The position numbers were made by a program, and so were the translations under genes. The notes beneath the pieces were generated by a model. That model saw nothing but the letters and a program-made list of their open reading frames with translations. It did no database searches and was not told where the DNA came from. A stretch of 18,828 nt of DNA from an uncultured archaeon (GTDB lineage: Archaea > Altiarchaeota > Altiarchaeia > JAFGQM01): positions 1-18,828 of the forward strand of contig CAZUDQ010000001.1 in NCBI GenBank assembly GCA_964619365.1, given 5' to 3'. This document shows positions 1-10,593 of this stretch, in pieces; position 1 is the first letter of the stretch; each line of letters begins with the position of its first letter.

Positions 1-3000
1 TTAGAGTCCAGGTTGTGCTGCCCGTTTCTTTGATAATGCTCGGATTTGCGCTAAAGCTTATTGTGAAGTTTGTTGCGTTTGTTACAGGTGAGTACCCACC
101 ACAATCTGATTCGTTTACTAGGTCTTGCCAGGCAAGAGGTTGGTAGCCCACACCATCGCAGAAATTATCCCATGGGGGGAAGTACCACTCTGCGATTGGT
201 TCGTGAGAGATATAAAAGAAGTAGCGTTCTTCAGTTTTTTCTGTGCAGTTCTCGTTTCCTCCGGGATAACATGAACTTGCATTGTCGCCGGTGTGATTTA
301 ACCAGTATGCGTTCACGATTTTTGAGCTTGAGTCTAAGGTGCCCAGGAAGCCACCCACGCTTGAATTTCCTGTGACGTTTCCTGTCGAATATGAGTTGTT
401 TATAATTGAACTTGTGGATAGTTCTCCGGCGAGGCCACCTACGTAGTCATCAGTTCCATTGACGTTTCCTGTGGCATAAGTGCTATTGACTGTTGATCCT
501 TCGGTTATCTGTCCGACAAGGCCTCCTGTGTAAAGGTTTCCTGTTATGTTTCCTGTGGCGTAAGAATCTGAGATATTTGAACCCAGTTCTAAGGAACCTG
601 CGAGGCCTCCTGTGTATCGATACCCAGTGACGTTTCCGGCGGCAAACGATGTTAAAATTGTTGAGTTAATATTCACCCATCCCGCGAGACCGCCTGTGTT
701 GTTCTCACCTGTGATGTTTGCTGTGGAATAAGAGTTGTTAACTATTGCATTAGTGTACAAATAACCGGTGAGGCCTCCAACATATAAAGTTCCGCTGACA
801 TTTCCTGAGGAATATGAATTGTTGATTATTGAATTTTGGGATATTCCACCAGTCAAACCGCCCACATAAGTGGTTCCCGCAACATTTGCTGTAGAATATG
901 AATTTATGATTGTCGAATTGGTGGACGCCCCGCCGGCGAGGCCGCCGATTCCACGGGTTCCTGTAACATTTCCTGTTGAATAAGAATTGTTGATTGTTGC
1001 ATTAATATATAACCCGCCGGCGAGGCCGCCAGTGTTAGCTGTTCCTGTTATGTTTCCGATAGAGTACGAGTTGTTGATTATTGAATACTCTCTTAGGTAT
1101 CCGGCGAGGCCACCTGTGTAATAGTTGGTGCCCATGACAGTTCCTGCCAAATATGAATCAAGTATTGAGGAATTTGTAATCAAGTATCCAGCGAGGCCAC
1201 CTGTATACTGGTGTCCCGTAACAGTTCCGGTTAACGATGAGTTTATGATTGTAGCTTGATCTAAGTATCCTGAGAGGCCGCCCGTGTAATGGTAATCCCC
1301 TGAGACAGTTCCGGTTAACGATGAGTTTATGATTGTAGCTTGATCTAAGTATCCTGAGAGGCCGCCTGTATACTGGTATCCTGATACTGATCCCGAGGCA
1401 GAGGAGTTTGATATTGTTGAGGCTGGGTACATATATCCAGTGATACCTCCTGTATTGTAACCTAACCCAGTAGTATTTCCTCTAGAAAAAGAATCTGATA
1501 CCAACCCTCCAAGAGATCCTACTAATCCACCTACATTATTGTGATTGGAAGTGCCAGTTCCGGTTACAGTTGCTAGTGAAGTGGAATTTAAGATTATTCC
1601 ACCACAATAGCCTGCAAAAGCCCCAACATGATTCTCTGCGGTAATATCTCCGGATATATAAACATTTGAAATCGTTGAACTTGAATAAATATTCCCTGCA
1701 AGCGCGCCAACATACTGAATATTGTTACCTCCAGTCACATCAACGGAGGTTAGACTCAAATCACTTATATTTGAATTGATAATCCTTTCAAAAAGACCAA
1801 CATTCCCATTATATATGTTACTATTTATGTACAAACCACTTATTGTATGATTGGTGCCATCAAAACTTCCAGTAAATGGTTGAAACAGATACTCTACACT
1901 ACCTATTGGCAACCATCCGTCCCCTGTATTGTATGGGGCGATATCAAGATCTATGTCTGCTGTTAATGTGTAGTTGCAACCCAGACAAAGCCTTGAAGCA
2001 TTAAGGTCGGCAGCACCAGTAATCTGACAAGGATCTTCAATCGTTCCCGAACCAGCCATATTGTTTGGGCATCCCATACTCAAAACCTGTAATGTTGGAT
2101 AATAACTACCTTCATTTGAATCATTCCAAATATCTGTAAAGTCCCAGGAGTTCATAGGACTGTGAGAATAGTCAAAGAAATACGATCCAGAGGATACTGC
2201 AGTACATCCCGTATTCTCATAATCGCCATCTAGAACATAACAAAATTTTGCATCATCTCCTGTATGATTTACCCAGTGGGCATTTTGGACTGAACCGCTG
2301 TTTAAATTTACTGCAATTCCGCGCGCACCCGCAGAAGAAATAGAGCCAGTCGCATAAGAAGAAGATATTTGTACATAATTTTGCATATTTCCTGTTAGGC
2401 CACCTGCACCAGAGGTTCCCGTGATGCTTCCTGTTGCGTATGACCTAGATATTAACCCATAAATGTAGGCACTCCCCGCAAGACCACCTATATTCGAGGT
2501 TCCTGTGACGCTTCCTGTTGCGTATGAGTCATTAACCGTTGAGAATGTATACAGATATCCAACTAATCCGCCAACTTGTGATTCTCCTGTGACGCTTCCT
2601 GTTGCGTATGATTTTAGGACAGTTGCTCCAATACTAGCACTGGGATCTGTGCCACCCACAAGTCCACCGACTTCAATAGTTCCTATCACATTACCAGTTG
2701 CATGTGAATTTGATATCGTACCTTCATAGAATCCTACAAGACCGCCTACTCTACTTGAAGTTCCTGTAACGCTTCCTGTTGCATGTGAATTTGAGATTTG
2801 GCCAGAGCTTTGTCCTGAGAGACCCCCTACACCACTAGTTCCCTGAATATTTCCGGTCGCGTAGGAATTAAAAATAGTTGAACCTTGTGAATATCCTTCA
2901 AGGCCTCCGGCAAAGCTTGTATCTGATGTAACTGATCCCGTAGAATACGAATTTGTAATTACGCCCCCTGTGGAATGTCCTACAAGGCCTCCTACTTTAT

Positions 3001-3829
3001 AATGACCCTCAACATTGGCTGTAGTGTAAGAATCCAAAATTAATGAACCATCATAGGGTTCTCCCACAAGACCTCCCGTGATATCATAACCTGTTACGCT
3101 ACCAGTTACATATGTATTTGAGATTGCTGATTCATCTGCATATCCTGTTATTCCGCCAGTATAATACTCTGTTCCGGTTATACTCCCAGCCACATAGCAG
3201 TCTATAATTGTTGACCTGGTATGCATAGCTCCTGCAATGCCCCCAGTATAGCGTGCCCCGGTAATATCTGCTGAGATTATTCCTATCCCAGTAACATCCG
3301 CATTATCTAGTCCTCCAAAAAGACCGATTGCACTTTCACTGGGTCTATTTATATAAAGATTACTTATAGTGTGACCAAGTCCGTCAAAACTTCCTACAAA
3401 CGGTTTTGAGAATGAGGGGTAATATCTGGAATAATTGCCCATAGGTTTCCACCCCTCTCCTGTCGTGTAACTGGCATCACAAGCCGAGAAATCTATGTCG
3501 TTTTGTAGTTCATATTCCCAATTGAGGTGATTTCTTATGTTATTCAGGTCGTCACACGAGCATATCGGATGCGGACTTATGCTGTCGTTCCAGCAGTCGA
3601 CTGTGGAACTTCCCTGAGGCTGTGATATTGGTTCGGTTTCGTTTCCGTCCTCGCCTCCAGTCTCATCTGATTCTGGAGGAGTTATAAAGTATTCATAGAT
3701 GTCATCATCGCCGATTGCAAGGCCTTGTGGTGATTTTAGGTTCTCGCCTGAAGGATTCAGTAGACTCATTGAGAGTGCTAACGCCGCAAGGATTATGATG
3801 AGGGTGAATAATACGGCTTTTTGTTGCAT
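1..3829 (-). CDS. Large secreted/surface GLUG-repeat protein (>1276 aa, C-terminus beyond the left edge of the window)
   Basis: Manual minus-strand translation from ATG at 3829: MQQKAVLFTLIIILAALALSMSLL (signal/TM), an acidic linker, then PHPICSCDDLNNIRNHLNWEYELQNDIDFS..GEGWKPMG..FVGSFDGLGHTISNLYINR and ~11 GG(L/I)xG repeats of 27-28 aa. A second module (MAGSGTIEDPCQITGAADLN..FTGSFDGTNHTISGLYIN) has ~17 repeats. The frame was spot-checked at 3829, ~1984 and the left edge and is the same. No stop was seen in the window, which would explain its absence from the ORF track. Confidence 0.9.
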   Translation of the reverse strand, partial: MQQKAVLFTLIIILAALALSMSLLNPSGENLKSPQGLAIGDDDIYEYFITPPESDETGGEDGNETEPISQPQGSSTVDCWNDSISPHPICSCDDLNNIRNHLNWEYELQNDIDFSACDASYTTGEGWKPMGNYSRYYPSFSKPFVGSFDGLGHTISNLYINRPSESAIGLFGGLDNADVTGIGIISADITGARYTGGIAGAMHTRSTIIDCYVAGSITGTEYYTGGITGYADESAISNTYVTGSVTGYDITGGLVGEPYDGSLILDSYTTANVEGHYKVGGLVGHSTGGVITNSYSTGSVTSDTSFAGGLEGYSQGSTIFNSYATGNIQGTSGVGGLSGQSSGQISNSHATGSVTGTSSRVGGLVGFYEGTISNSHATGNVIGTIEVGGLVGGTDPSASIGATVLKSYATGSVTGESQVGGLVGYLYTFSTVNDSYATGSVTGTSNIGGLAGSAYIYGLISRSYATGSITGTSGAGGLTGNMQNYVQISSSYATGSISSAGARGIAVNLNSGSVQNAHWVNHTGDDAKFCYVLDGDYENTGCTAVSSGSYFFDYSHSPMNSWDFTDIWNDSNEGSYYPTLQVLSMGCPNNMAGSGTIEDPCQITGAADLNASRLCLGCNYTLTADIDLDIAPYNTGDGWLPIGSVEYLFQPFTGSFDGTNHTISGLYINSNIYNGNVGLFERIINSNISDLSLTSVDVTGGNNIQYVGALAGNIYSSSTISNVYISGDITAENHVGAFAGYCGGIILNSTSLATVTGTGTSNHNNVGGLVGSLGGLVSDSFSRGNTTGLGYNTGGITGYMYPASTISNSSASGSVSGYQYTGGLSGYLDQATIINSSLTGTVSGDYHYTGGLSGYLDQATIINSSLTGTVTGHQYTGGLAGYLITNSSILDSYLAGTVMGTNYYTGGLAGYLREYSIINNSYSIGNITGTANTGGLAGGLYINATINNSYSTGNVTGTRGIGGLAGGASTNSTIINSYSTANVAGTTYVGGLTGGISQNSIINNSYSSGNVSGTLYVGGLTGYLYTNAIVNNSYSTANITGENNTGGLAGWVNINSTILTSFAAGNVTGYRYTGGLAGSLELGSNISDSYATGNITGNLYTGGLVGQITEGSTVNSTYATGNVNGTDDYVGGLAGELSTSSIINNSYSTGNVTGNSSVGGFLGTLDSSSKIVNAYWLNHTGDNASSCYPGGNENCTEKTEERYFFYISHEPIAEWYFPPWDNFCDGVGYQPLAWQDLVNESDCGGYSPVTNATNFTISFSANPSIIKETGSTTWTL
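1221..1366. repeat. Exact 62-bp direct repeat with 84-bp period within the GLUG gene
   Basis: acagttccggttaacgatgagtttatgattgtagcttgatctaagtatcctgagaggccgcc occurs at 1221-1282 and 1305-1366. The 84-bp offset equals one 28-aa repeat. Confidence 0.95.
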
Positions 3830-3933
3830 TCTCTATGGATTAACTTTAGAATCTAATACTGGAAGACTTAAAAATCTTAGTTATGTGATTACTTGTTATA
3901 TCATTGTTAATATAAGCCCATAATCCTAGGGAT

Positions 3934-4545
3934 TCAATCTACCTTTATCGAATTTATATATTCTTTTACGCCGCTTGACATACTAGGACCATGTCCGGGG
4001 AAAGCCTCGTTTACATCAAGCTTGCCAAGACGTGCAATGGATTTCTTTAACTTTTCCTTGTTTCCACCAGGAAGGTCATATCTGCCATAGCTTCCCGCAA
4101 ATATCATGTCACCTGAGAAAAGGAGTTTATTCTGTGGTTCGTAGAGGCTTATTCCACCCGGACTGTGACCTGGCGTCTCAATAACCTCTAACTTAAGTTC
4201 GCCTAAGTCTATTATGTCTCCGTCTTTTAGCCTGCGGTCAACTTTGAAAAGATGGTCTTCTGCCTTTGCCCCAAGAATGTCTGCAACGCTGTTTCCCTGC
4301 GGGTCCGCCTCAAAAAAGTCAGCATCAATCCCGCTCATAAGGATTTCACATCCCGTTCTTCTTTGGATGTCTTTTGCCATTGCTATGTGATCAAAGTGGC
4401 AATGCGTTAGTAAAAGCATGTCAGGATTTAATCCTTCTGGGTCCATGCTGGCATCAATCATAAGGGATTTTGCGCCTTCTCCTTCGCCCTGCAGGAAAAA
4501 TACATTCGACCCGGCATCCTTTGAAATAATTGGAACTAATTTCAT
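3934..4545 (-). CDS. MBL-fold metallo-hydrolase (glyoxalase II-like)
   Basis: THCHFDH metal motif, TPGHSPG, LFSGD, GRYDLPGG and PGHG; 203 aa. Confidence 0.9.
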   Translation of the reverse strand: MKLVPIISKDAGSNVFFLQGEGEGAKSLMIDASMDPEGLNPDMLLLTHCHFDHIAMAKDIQRRTGCEILMSGIDADFFEADPQGNSVADILGAKAEDHLFKVDRRLKDGDIIDLGELKLEVIETPGHSPGGISLYEPQNKLLFSGDMIFAGSYGRYDLPGGNKEKLKKSIARLGKLDVNEAFPGHGPSMSSGVKEYINSIKVD

Positions 4546-4600
4546 TTTTATGCGTATTTTTTTGTAGCGTTTTATTTGAGTCCCTTCAAATTAAACCACG

Positions 4601-6764
<2,164 letters not shown>

Positions 6765-6773
6765 AGGTAAAAA

Positions 6774-7079
6774 GTGGCTTTTCCTCGGGCAGGGGCATAT
6801 AACCTCTATGCAAAAGGGAGAACGCGACCCATGCGCCCAGCAGAAGCTAAATGGAAGAACCTTGGCGCAAGCTCCCCTCAGATGATAAACCCAGCTAGGT
6901 TGCGCGCGGCAAGACAACAGGCACACTGGAACGCCCTTAGAATGCGAATAGGAATAAGTATGGGAAAACATCCGTTTGATCCCTTAGGGACAATACCTAT
7001 TAAGACAAAACGCGTGATGGAAAAACACTTTAAGAGACGGGAAGCTAAAAAGATTATGATTGGGGCGACGTTTGGTTAA
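6774..7079 (+). CDS. Hypothetical small, strongly basic protein
   Basis: 101-aa ORF (GTG start, AAGGT upstream) that fills the gap between the eno stop and the convergent RNase stop. No recognised family. Confidence 0.55.
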   Translation: MAFPRAGAYNLYAKGRTRPMRPAEAKWKNLGASSPQMINPARLRAARQQAHWNALRMRIGISMGKHPFDPLGTIPIKTKRVMEKHFKRREAKKIMIGATFG

Positions 7080-7082
7080 TGC

Positions 7083-8456
7083 TTAGAGCTCTTCAGGGTG
7101 AAGCATTTTTGGCACCTTGCAGGAAAGTCCTTTTGCTTCAAGCTTTTCTTTTAAGGCTTCAGATGCCTTGGGCTCGCCATGGACTATAAAGATTTTTTTG
7201 GGGCGCTTTTGGAATCCTGTTGCCCATTTTACAAGACCGTTTTGATCGGCGTGTGCCGAGAAGCCATCAATCTTTCTAATTGAGGCGTTTATCTCAACTT
7301 CCTTACCCATCATCTTTATCATCTTATCTCCGCTTAAGATTTTTCTGCCGGGCGTTCCTTGTGCCTGATATCCAACAAAAAGTATTGTTGTCCTTGGGTC
7401 TTTTGCATTATTGTATAAATGATGGCGTATTCGCCCTCCGGTGCACATTCCAGAACCTGCGATGACCATACATGGCATGTCGTAATTGTTTATCTTCTTT
7501 GAGTCTTTGACAGATTGAGTGAGAATCAGGTTTTTGGGGTTGAATGGGTCCGGGTTCTTTGCCGCCTCTTTATCGTAGCATTCCCTGTGGGTGCTAAATA
7601 CTTTTGTTGCTTTTATTGCAAGCGGGGAATCAAGGTATATCCTCTCTTTTGGGAACTTGGTTTTTTCAAGCTTCTTTATGCTATAAAGTATTTCCTGAGT
7701 CCTTTCAACTGCAAAGGAAGGAACAAGCAACTTTCCCCCATTTCTGTGAGCTTCTTTTGCGTATTGTAAGAGAAGCGCTTCCCTTTCTTCAATATTCTCA
7801 TGCAAGCGGTCGCCGTAGGTTGATTCTATCACGACGTAATCTGCCTCGTCAATAAGCTCTGGGTCGCGGACTATCGGATTATCCCACTGCCCTAAGTCTC
7901 CAGAAAAGACTATCTTTTTTTGTCCTCCGCCGTTTATTGCCCACATTTCAACAATCGCTGAGCCTAAGATGTGGCCAGCGTCACGGAAGCGCACCTCAAT
8001 GTTTTTTAATGCGCGGTATCGCTCGTTATAATTAACTGTGTAAAAAAACCTCATTACAGCTTGGGCATCTGAAAGCGAATAAAGCGGCGTTCTGGGTGGA
8101 AGGTCATCAAGTTCGCGCCGCTGATTCTCTTTTCTGGTCTCAAGTTCCTGCATGTGGGCGGCATCCTCAAGCATTATCGCGCAAAGATCTTTTGTTGCGT
8201 GGGTACAGATTATTTTTCCGCGGAAACCGTGTTTGTAAAGCTTGGGTAAAAGACCTGAGTGGTCGATATGGGCGTGGGTTAAAAATACATGAGAAATCTC
8301 TTTTGGGTCGAAAGGAAAGGGTTCGTAGTTAAGGCGAGTTATATCCTTTGATCCTTGGAACATCCCGCAGTCTACAAGGACTTTTGCGTCCCAAGCCTCA
8401 AGCAGGTGGCATGAGCCTGTAACAATACGGGTTGCACCGCAAAATGTGAGCTTCAC
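7083..8456 (-). CDS. MBL-fold beta-CASP ribonuclease (CPSF/Ysh1-like RNA-processing family)
   Basis: VTGSCHL, VDCGMFQG, THAHIDHSG, AGHILGSA, FSGDLG, ESTYGDR, PSFAVERTQE, GSGMCTGGRI, FSAHAD and VHGE; GTG start. Confidence 0.93.
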   Translation of the reverse strand: MKLTFCGATRIVTGSCHLLEAWDAKVLVDCGMFQGSKDITRLNYEPFPFDPKEISHVFLTHAHIDHSGLLPKLYKHGFRGKIICTHATKDLCAIMLEDAAHMQELETRKENQRRELDDLPPRTPLYSLSDAQAVMRFFYTVNYNERYRALKNIEVRFRDAGHILGSAIVEMWAINGGGQKKIVFSGDLGQWDNPIVRDPELIDEADYVVIESTYGDRLHENIEEREALLLQYAKEAHRNGGKLLVPSFAVERTQEILYSIKKLEKTKFPKERIYLDSPLAIKATKVFSTHRECYDKEAAKNPDPFNPKNLILTQSVKDSKKINNYDMPCMVIAGSGMCTGGRIRHHLYNNAKDPRTTILFVGYQAQGTPGRKILSGDKMIKMMGKEVEINASIRKIDGFSAHADQNGLVKWATGFQKRPKKIFIVHGEPKASEALKEKLEAKGLSCKVPKMLHPEEL

Positions 8457-8511
8457 TTTTGCTTAAGTATAACAAGGGCGCAGTGTTTAAAAATGTGAGA
8501 GGAAAGCACAC

Positions 8512-8772
8512 CTAATATGCATTATCATGATGCTCATATTCTAATAACTTTACGACCCTTCTTGTTTCGTCAATAGAATAAATTAGAACAAACCTCCCAA
8601 TGTGCACACGACGCCTTCCAACTAATGGTTTTTTTAGTGGCTTCCCCACATATGGGTTTGTGATTATTTCGGAGATTTTCTTATTTATCTGCTCTAGCTG
8701 TTTTCTATCTTTTTTTAGAAGTCTAGTAAAGACCTTGTCAAGTTGCTCAGAGACTTCAAGGTCGTATGTCAT
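8512..8772 (-). CDS. Type II toxin, RelE/ParE superfamily mRNA interferase
   Basis: 86 aa, basic; GKPLKKPLVGRRRVHIGRFVLIYSID..HHDNAY; ATGA overlap with the upstream antitoxin. Confidence 0.88.
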   Translation of the reverse strand: MTYDLEVSEQLDKVFTRLLKKDRKQLEQINKKISEIITNPYVGKPLKKPLVGRRRVHIGRFVLIYSIDETRRVVKLLEYEHHDNAY

Positions 8773-8999
8773 TTAAGATATCTTGCGGCAAAATCGTCTA
8801 CTTTTATAAACTTACCGCTTTCTGCAGCCTTTATTCTCTCAACAAAATCCGGCCTTAATTCAGGTTGCGAGGAAATCTCTGCATATTCATCAAGAACATA
8901 TCCTACAGCTTCGGATTTATTCTTAAAATTATGTTGGGCCTTTATTATATTTAGTACTCTATTGGCATCGTCAGTCAAATCGATTATAGCTTGGACCAT
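8769..8999 (-). CDS. Antitoxin, DUF2683-like
   Basis: MVQAIIDL..NRVLNIIKA..KNKSEAV..PELRPDF resembles archaeal DUF2683 proteins (from recall). It lies directly upstream of the RelE-like gene and overlaps it. Confidence 0.78.
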   Translation of the reverse strand: MVQAIIDLTDDANRVLNIIKAQHNFKNKSEAVGYVLDEYAEISSQPELRPDFVERIKAAESGKFIKVDDFAARYLK

Positions 9000-9015
9000 A
9001 TTAGTTCACGTTATA

Positions 9016-9039
9016 TTTTATAAGTTCAAATTATAAAAA
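9016..9039 (-). promoter_or_regulatory. Putative TATA box and operator of the TA operon
   Basis: Inverted repeat TTTTATAA-N7-TTATAAAA (9016-9038). The minus-strand TTTTTATAA lies ~30-40 nt upstream of the antitoxin ATG. Confidence 0.45.
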
Positions 9040-9078
9040 TTAGATGGCATAACGCTACTAAGTAGGTTCTTTGCCTTA

Positions 9079-9357
9079 TTACTGCTTTTTTTTGAGCTTC
9101 GCGTATTCTTTTTCTGAGAGTGGGGGTGTCCCATCTTCACCCTTAAACACATAAACAGAAAGACCATGGAAGACAAGACCTATTCCCCAAAAGACGCTCA
9201 CCCAATAAAACCACAGGGTGTTTGGTGATGTGATAAGATTGATTGCAATAAGCATGACGTTGATAACGCAATAAACTGTCAGGTGTATCTTGAACTCTGC
9301 GCGCATCTTTGCAAGTTTCCAGAGTTTAGGATCTTTCTTTTCTGTCTCTTTGGCCAT
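9079..9357 (-). CDS. 2TM-domain small membrane protein
   Basis: FKIHLTVYCVINVMLIAINL..LWFYWVSVFWGIGLVFHGLSVY is the typical 2TM-domain pattern. Confidence 0.85.
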   Translation of the reverse strand: MAKETEKKDPKLWKLAKMRAEFKIHLTVYCVINVMLIAINLITSPNTLWFYWVSVFWGIGLVFHGLSVYVFKGEDGTPPLSEKEYAKLKKKQ

Positions 9358-9447
9358 TTTTTATTAGATTACTTACGAAGGCGTTTATAAAAGGAGGATT
9401 GGGTCTTGGCCAACTTAAAAACAATAAAACCATAAATTAGATGAGGA

Positions 9448-10061
9448 ATGGAATTTAGACAAAGAAAGGCAGTTGACAAAGACGCCAAAACCTTAAGTAC
9501 TCTGGTACTGTCCACCGCGCCTGAGGCCTATTCATATATGTTTTTAAGCTCGGAGAAGGCACTTTACTGTATTGAAGCTTGTGTTAAAAGTCCAAATAAT
9601 CCATTTTCTAAAGAGTTTGTTCGGGTTCTTGTTGATGAGAATGACAATATTCTTTCTTTTGTTGCAACTTATCCGACAAAAAATGAAAAAAAACTTTGGG
9701 ATAATACTGAAAAACCTGTAAAAGAGACTTTGGGACTTAGTGGTCTTTTAACTTATGCAAAACGAGGGAAAGAGCTTGAATCAATTGCGGCAAGATTCAG
9801 TGGAGATTCGTTGTATATATTGCATCTTGCAACAATTCCTGCCGCACGAAAACATGGCCTTGGAACATATCTTCTTGATTATGAAATAGAGTGTGCGAAA
9901 AAAATGGCTATGGTAAAGTGTACATAGAAGTGGCAGACAACAAGCCAAACGCGAGGGATTTATACTTTAAAGTGGGTTTTAAACTAGAATCAATAAACAG
10001 GGATGCCGAACTATTAGAAAAGGGAATTCCAGGTTTTATGAGGCTTTTTATGGAAATCTAA
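9448..10061 (+). pseudogene. GNAT N-acetyltransferase interrupted by a frameshift at an A7 run (9898-9904)
   Basis: Frame 1 contains motif A (LYILHLATIPAARKHGLGTYLL) and stops at 9927. The -1 frame continues NGYGKVYIEVADNKPNARDLYFKVGFKLES..LFMEI* to TAA at 10059-10061, which is the missing GNAT C-terminus. Confidence 0.85.
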
Positions 10062-10477
10062 TCGCCGATAATTGTCAAAACGAGCTTTCTTTCCCGCGGA
10101 CGTGTATCATGGTCGATTACAACTATCTGCTGCCAGTCGCCAAGTATCGGCTTTTTTTCTGCAAAAGGAACTGTGATTCCAGGGCCCATGATTGTTGCGC
10201 GCACATGGCTTGCACCGTTATCATCATGCCAGGTTGCATGGTGAGCGTAATTAGGGCCGAATGGTGCTATCTTATCAAGAGCGCGTGGGACGTCCTCTTC
10301 AAGACCTGGCTCAAATTCGACAGTTGAAACTGACGCAGTTGACCCTGGGACAAATATATTTATTATCCCCTCGTTTATCCCTGACTCCTTAAGCGCATTT
10401 TCTATGTCACCTGTGATATCAAGCATCTCACTTTTCCCTGCAGTTGGGACGTTAAGCTCCAAGGTTCTAACGGCCAT
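10058..10477 (-). CDS. yjbQ: YjbQ/UPF0047 family protein (secondary thiamine-phosphate synthase-like)
   Basis: DITGDI, FVPGSTAS, EFEPGL, YAHH..DNGASHVRA and LGDWQQIVVID. The likely start is ATG 10477 (MAVRTLEL), not 10534. Confidence 0.88.
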   Translation of the reverse strand: MAVRTLELNVPTAGKSEMLDITGDIENALKESGINEGIINIFVPGSTASVSTVEFEPGLEEDVPRALDKIAPFGPNYAHHATWHDDNGASHVRATIMGPGITVPFAEKKPILGDWQQIVVIDHDTRPRERKLVLTIIGD

Positions 10478-10514
10478 AGTTATTTTTATACCAGTAGCTT
10501 CAAAAACACAACAG

Positions 10515-10582
10515 GTGGGAATTATTTCCCACATCGGAAATTCCCGATGAGAATGGTGCCATTAAAGATGGCACGGGGGAAT
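10515..10582 (+). promoter_or_regulatory. Three adjacent inverted repeats in the leader of the regulator-his operon
   Basis: GTGGGAA-ttat-TTCCCAC (10515-10532), CATCGG-aaattc-CCGATG (10532-10549) and GTGCCAT-taaag-ATGGCAC (10556-10574). A TATA-like TTTTTATA lies at ~10483-10490. Confidence 0.65.
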
Positions 10583-10593
10583 CTAAACTAAAA

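Noticed and set aside
1-3. TTA at 1-3 as the stop codon of the GLUG gene
   Set aside because: It is in a different frame. The gene's last full codon is 2-4 (Leu) and the frame stays open off the edge.
340-3250. CRISPR array suggested by ~84-bp periodicity
   Set aside because: The repeats are degenerate, in-frame protein repeats with no constant repeat/unique spacer structure, and no cas genes are present.
70-3923. Plus-strand ORFs 70-375, 2505-2729 and 3699-3923
   Set aside because: Antisense shadows of the GLUG gene; their repetitive translation mirrors its repeats.
10478-10534. N-terminal extension of yjbQ given in the ORF track
   Set aside because: It overlaps the divergent regulatory region, and family similarity begins at ATG 10477.
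10515-10582. tRNA or tRNA-His mimic in the leader
   Set aside because: Three hairpins but no acceptor stem, no T-loop consensus and no GTG anticodon in a loop.
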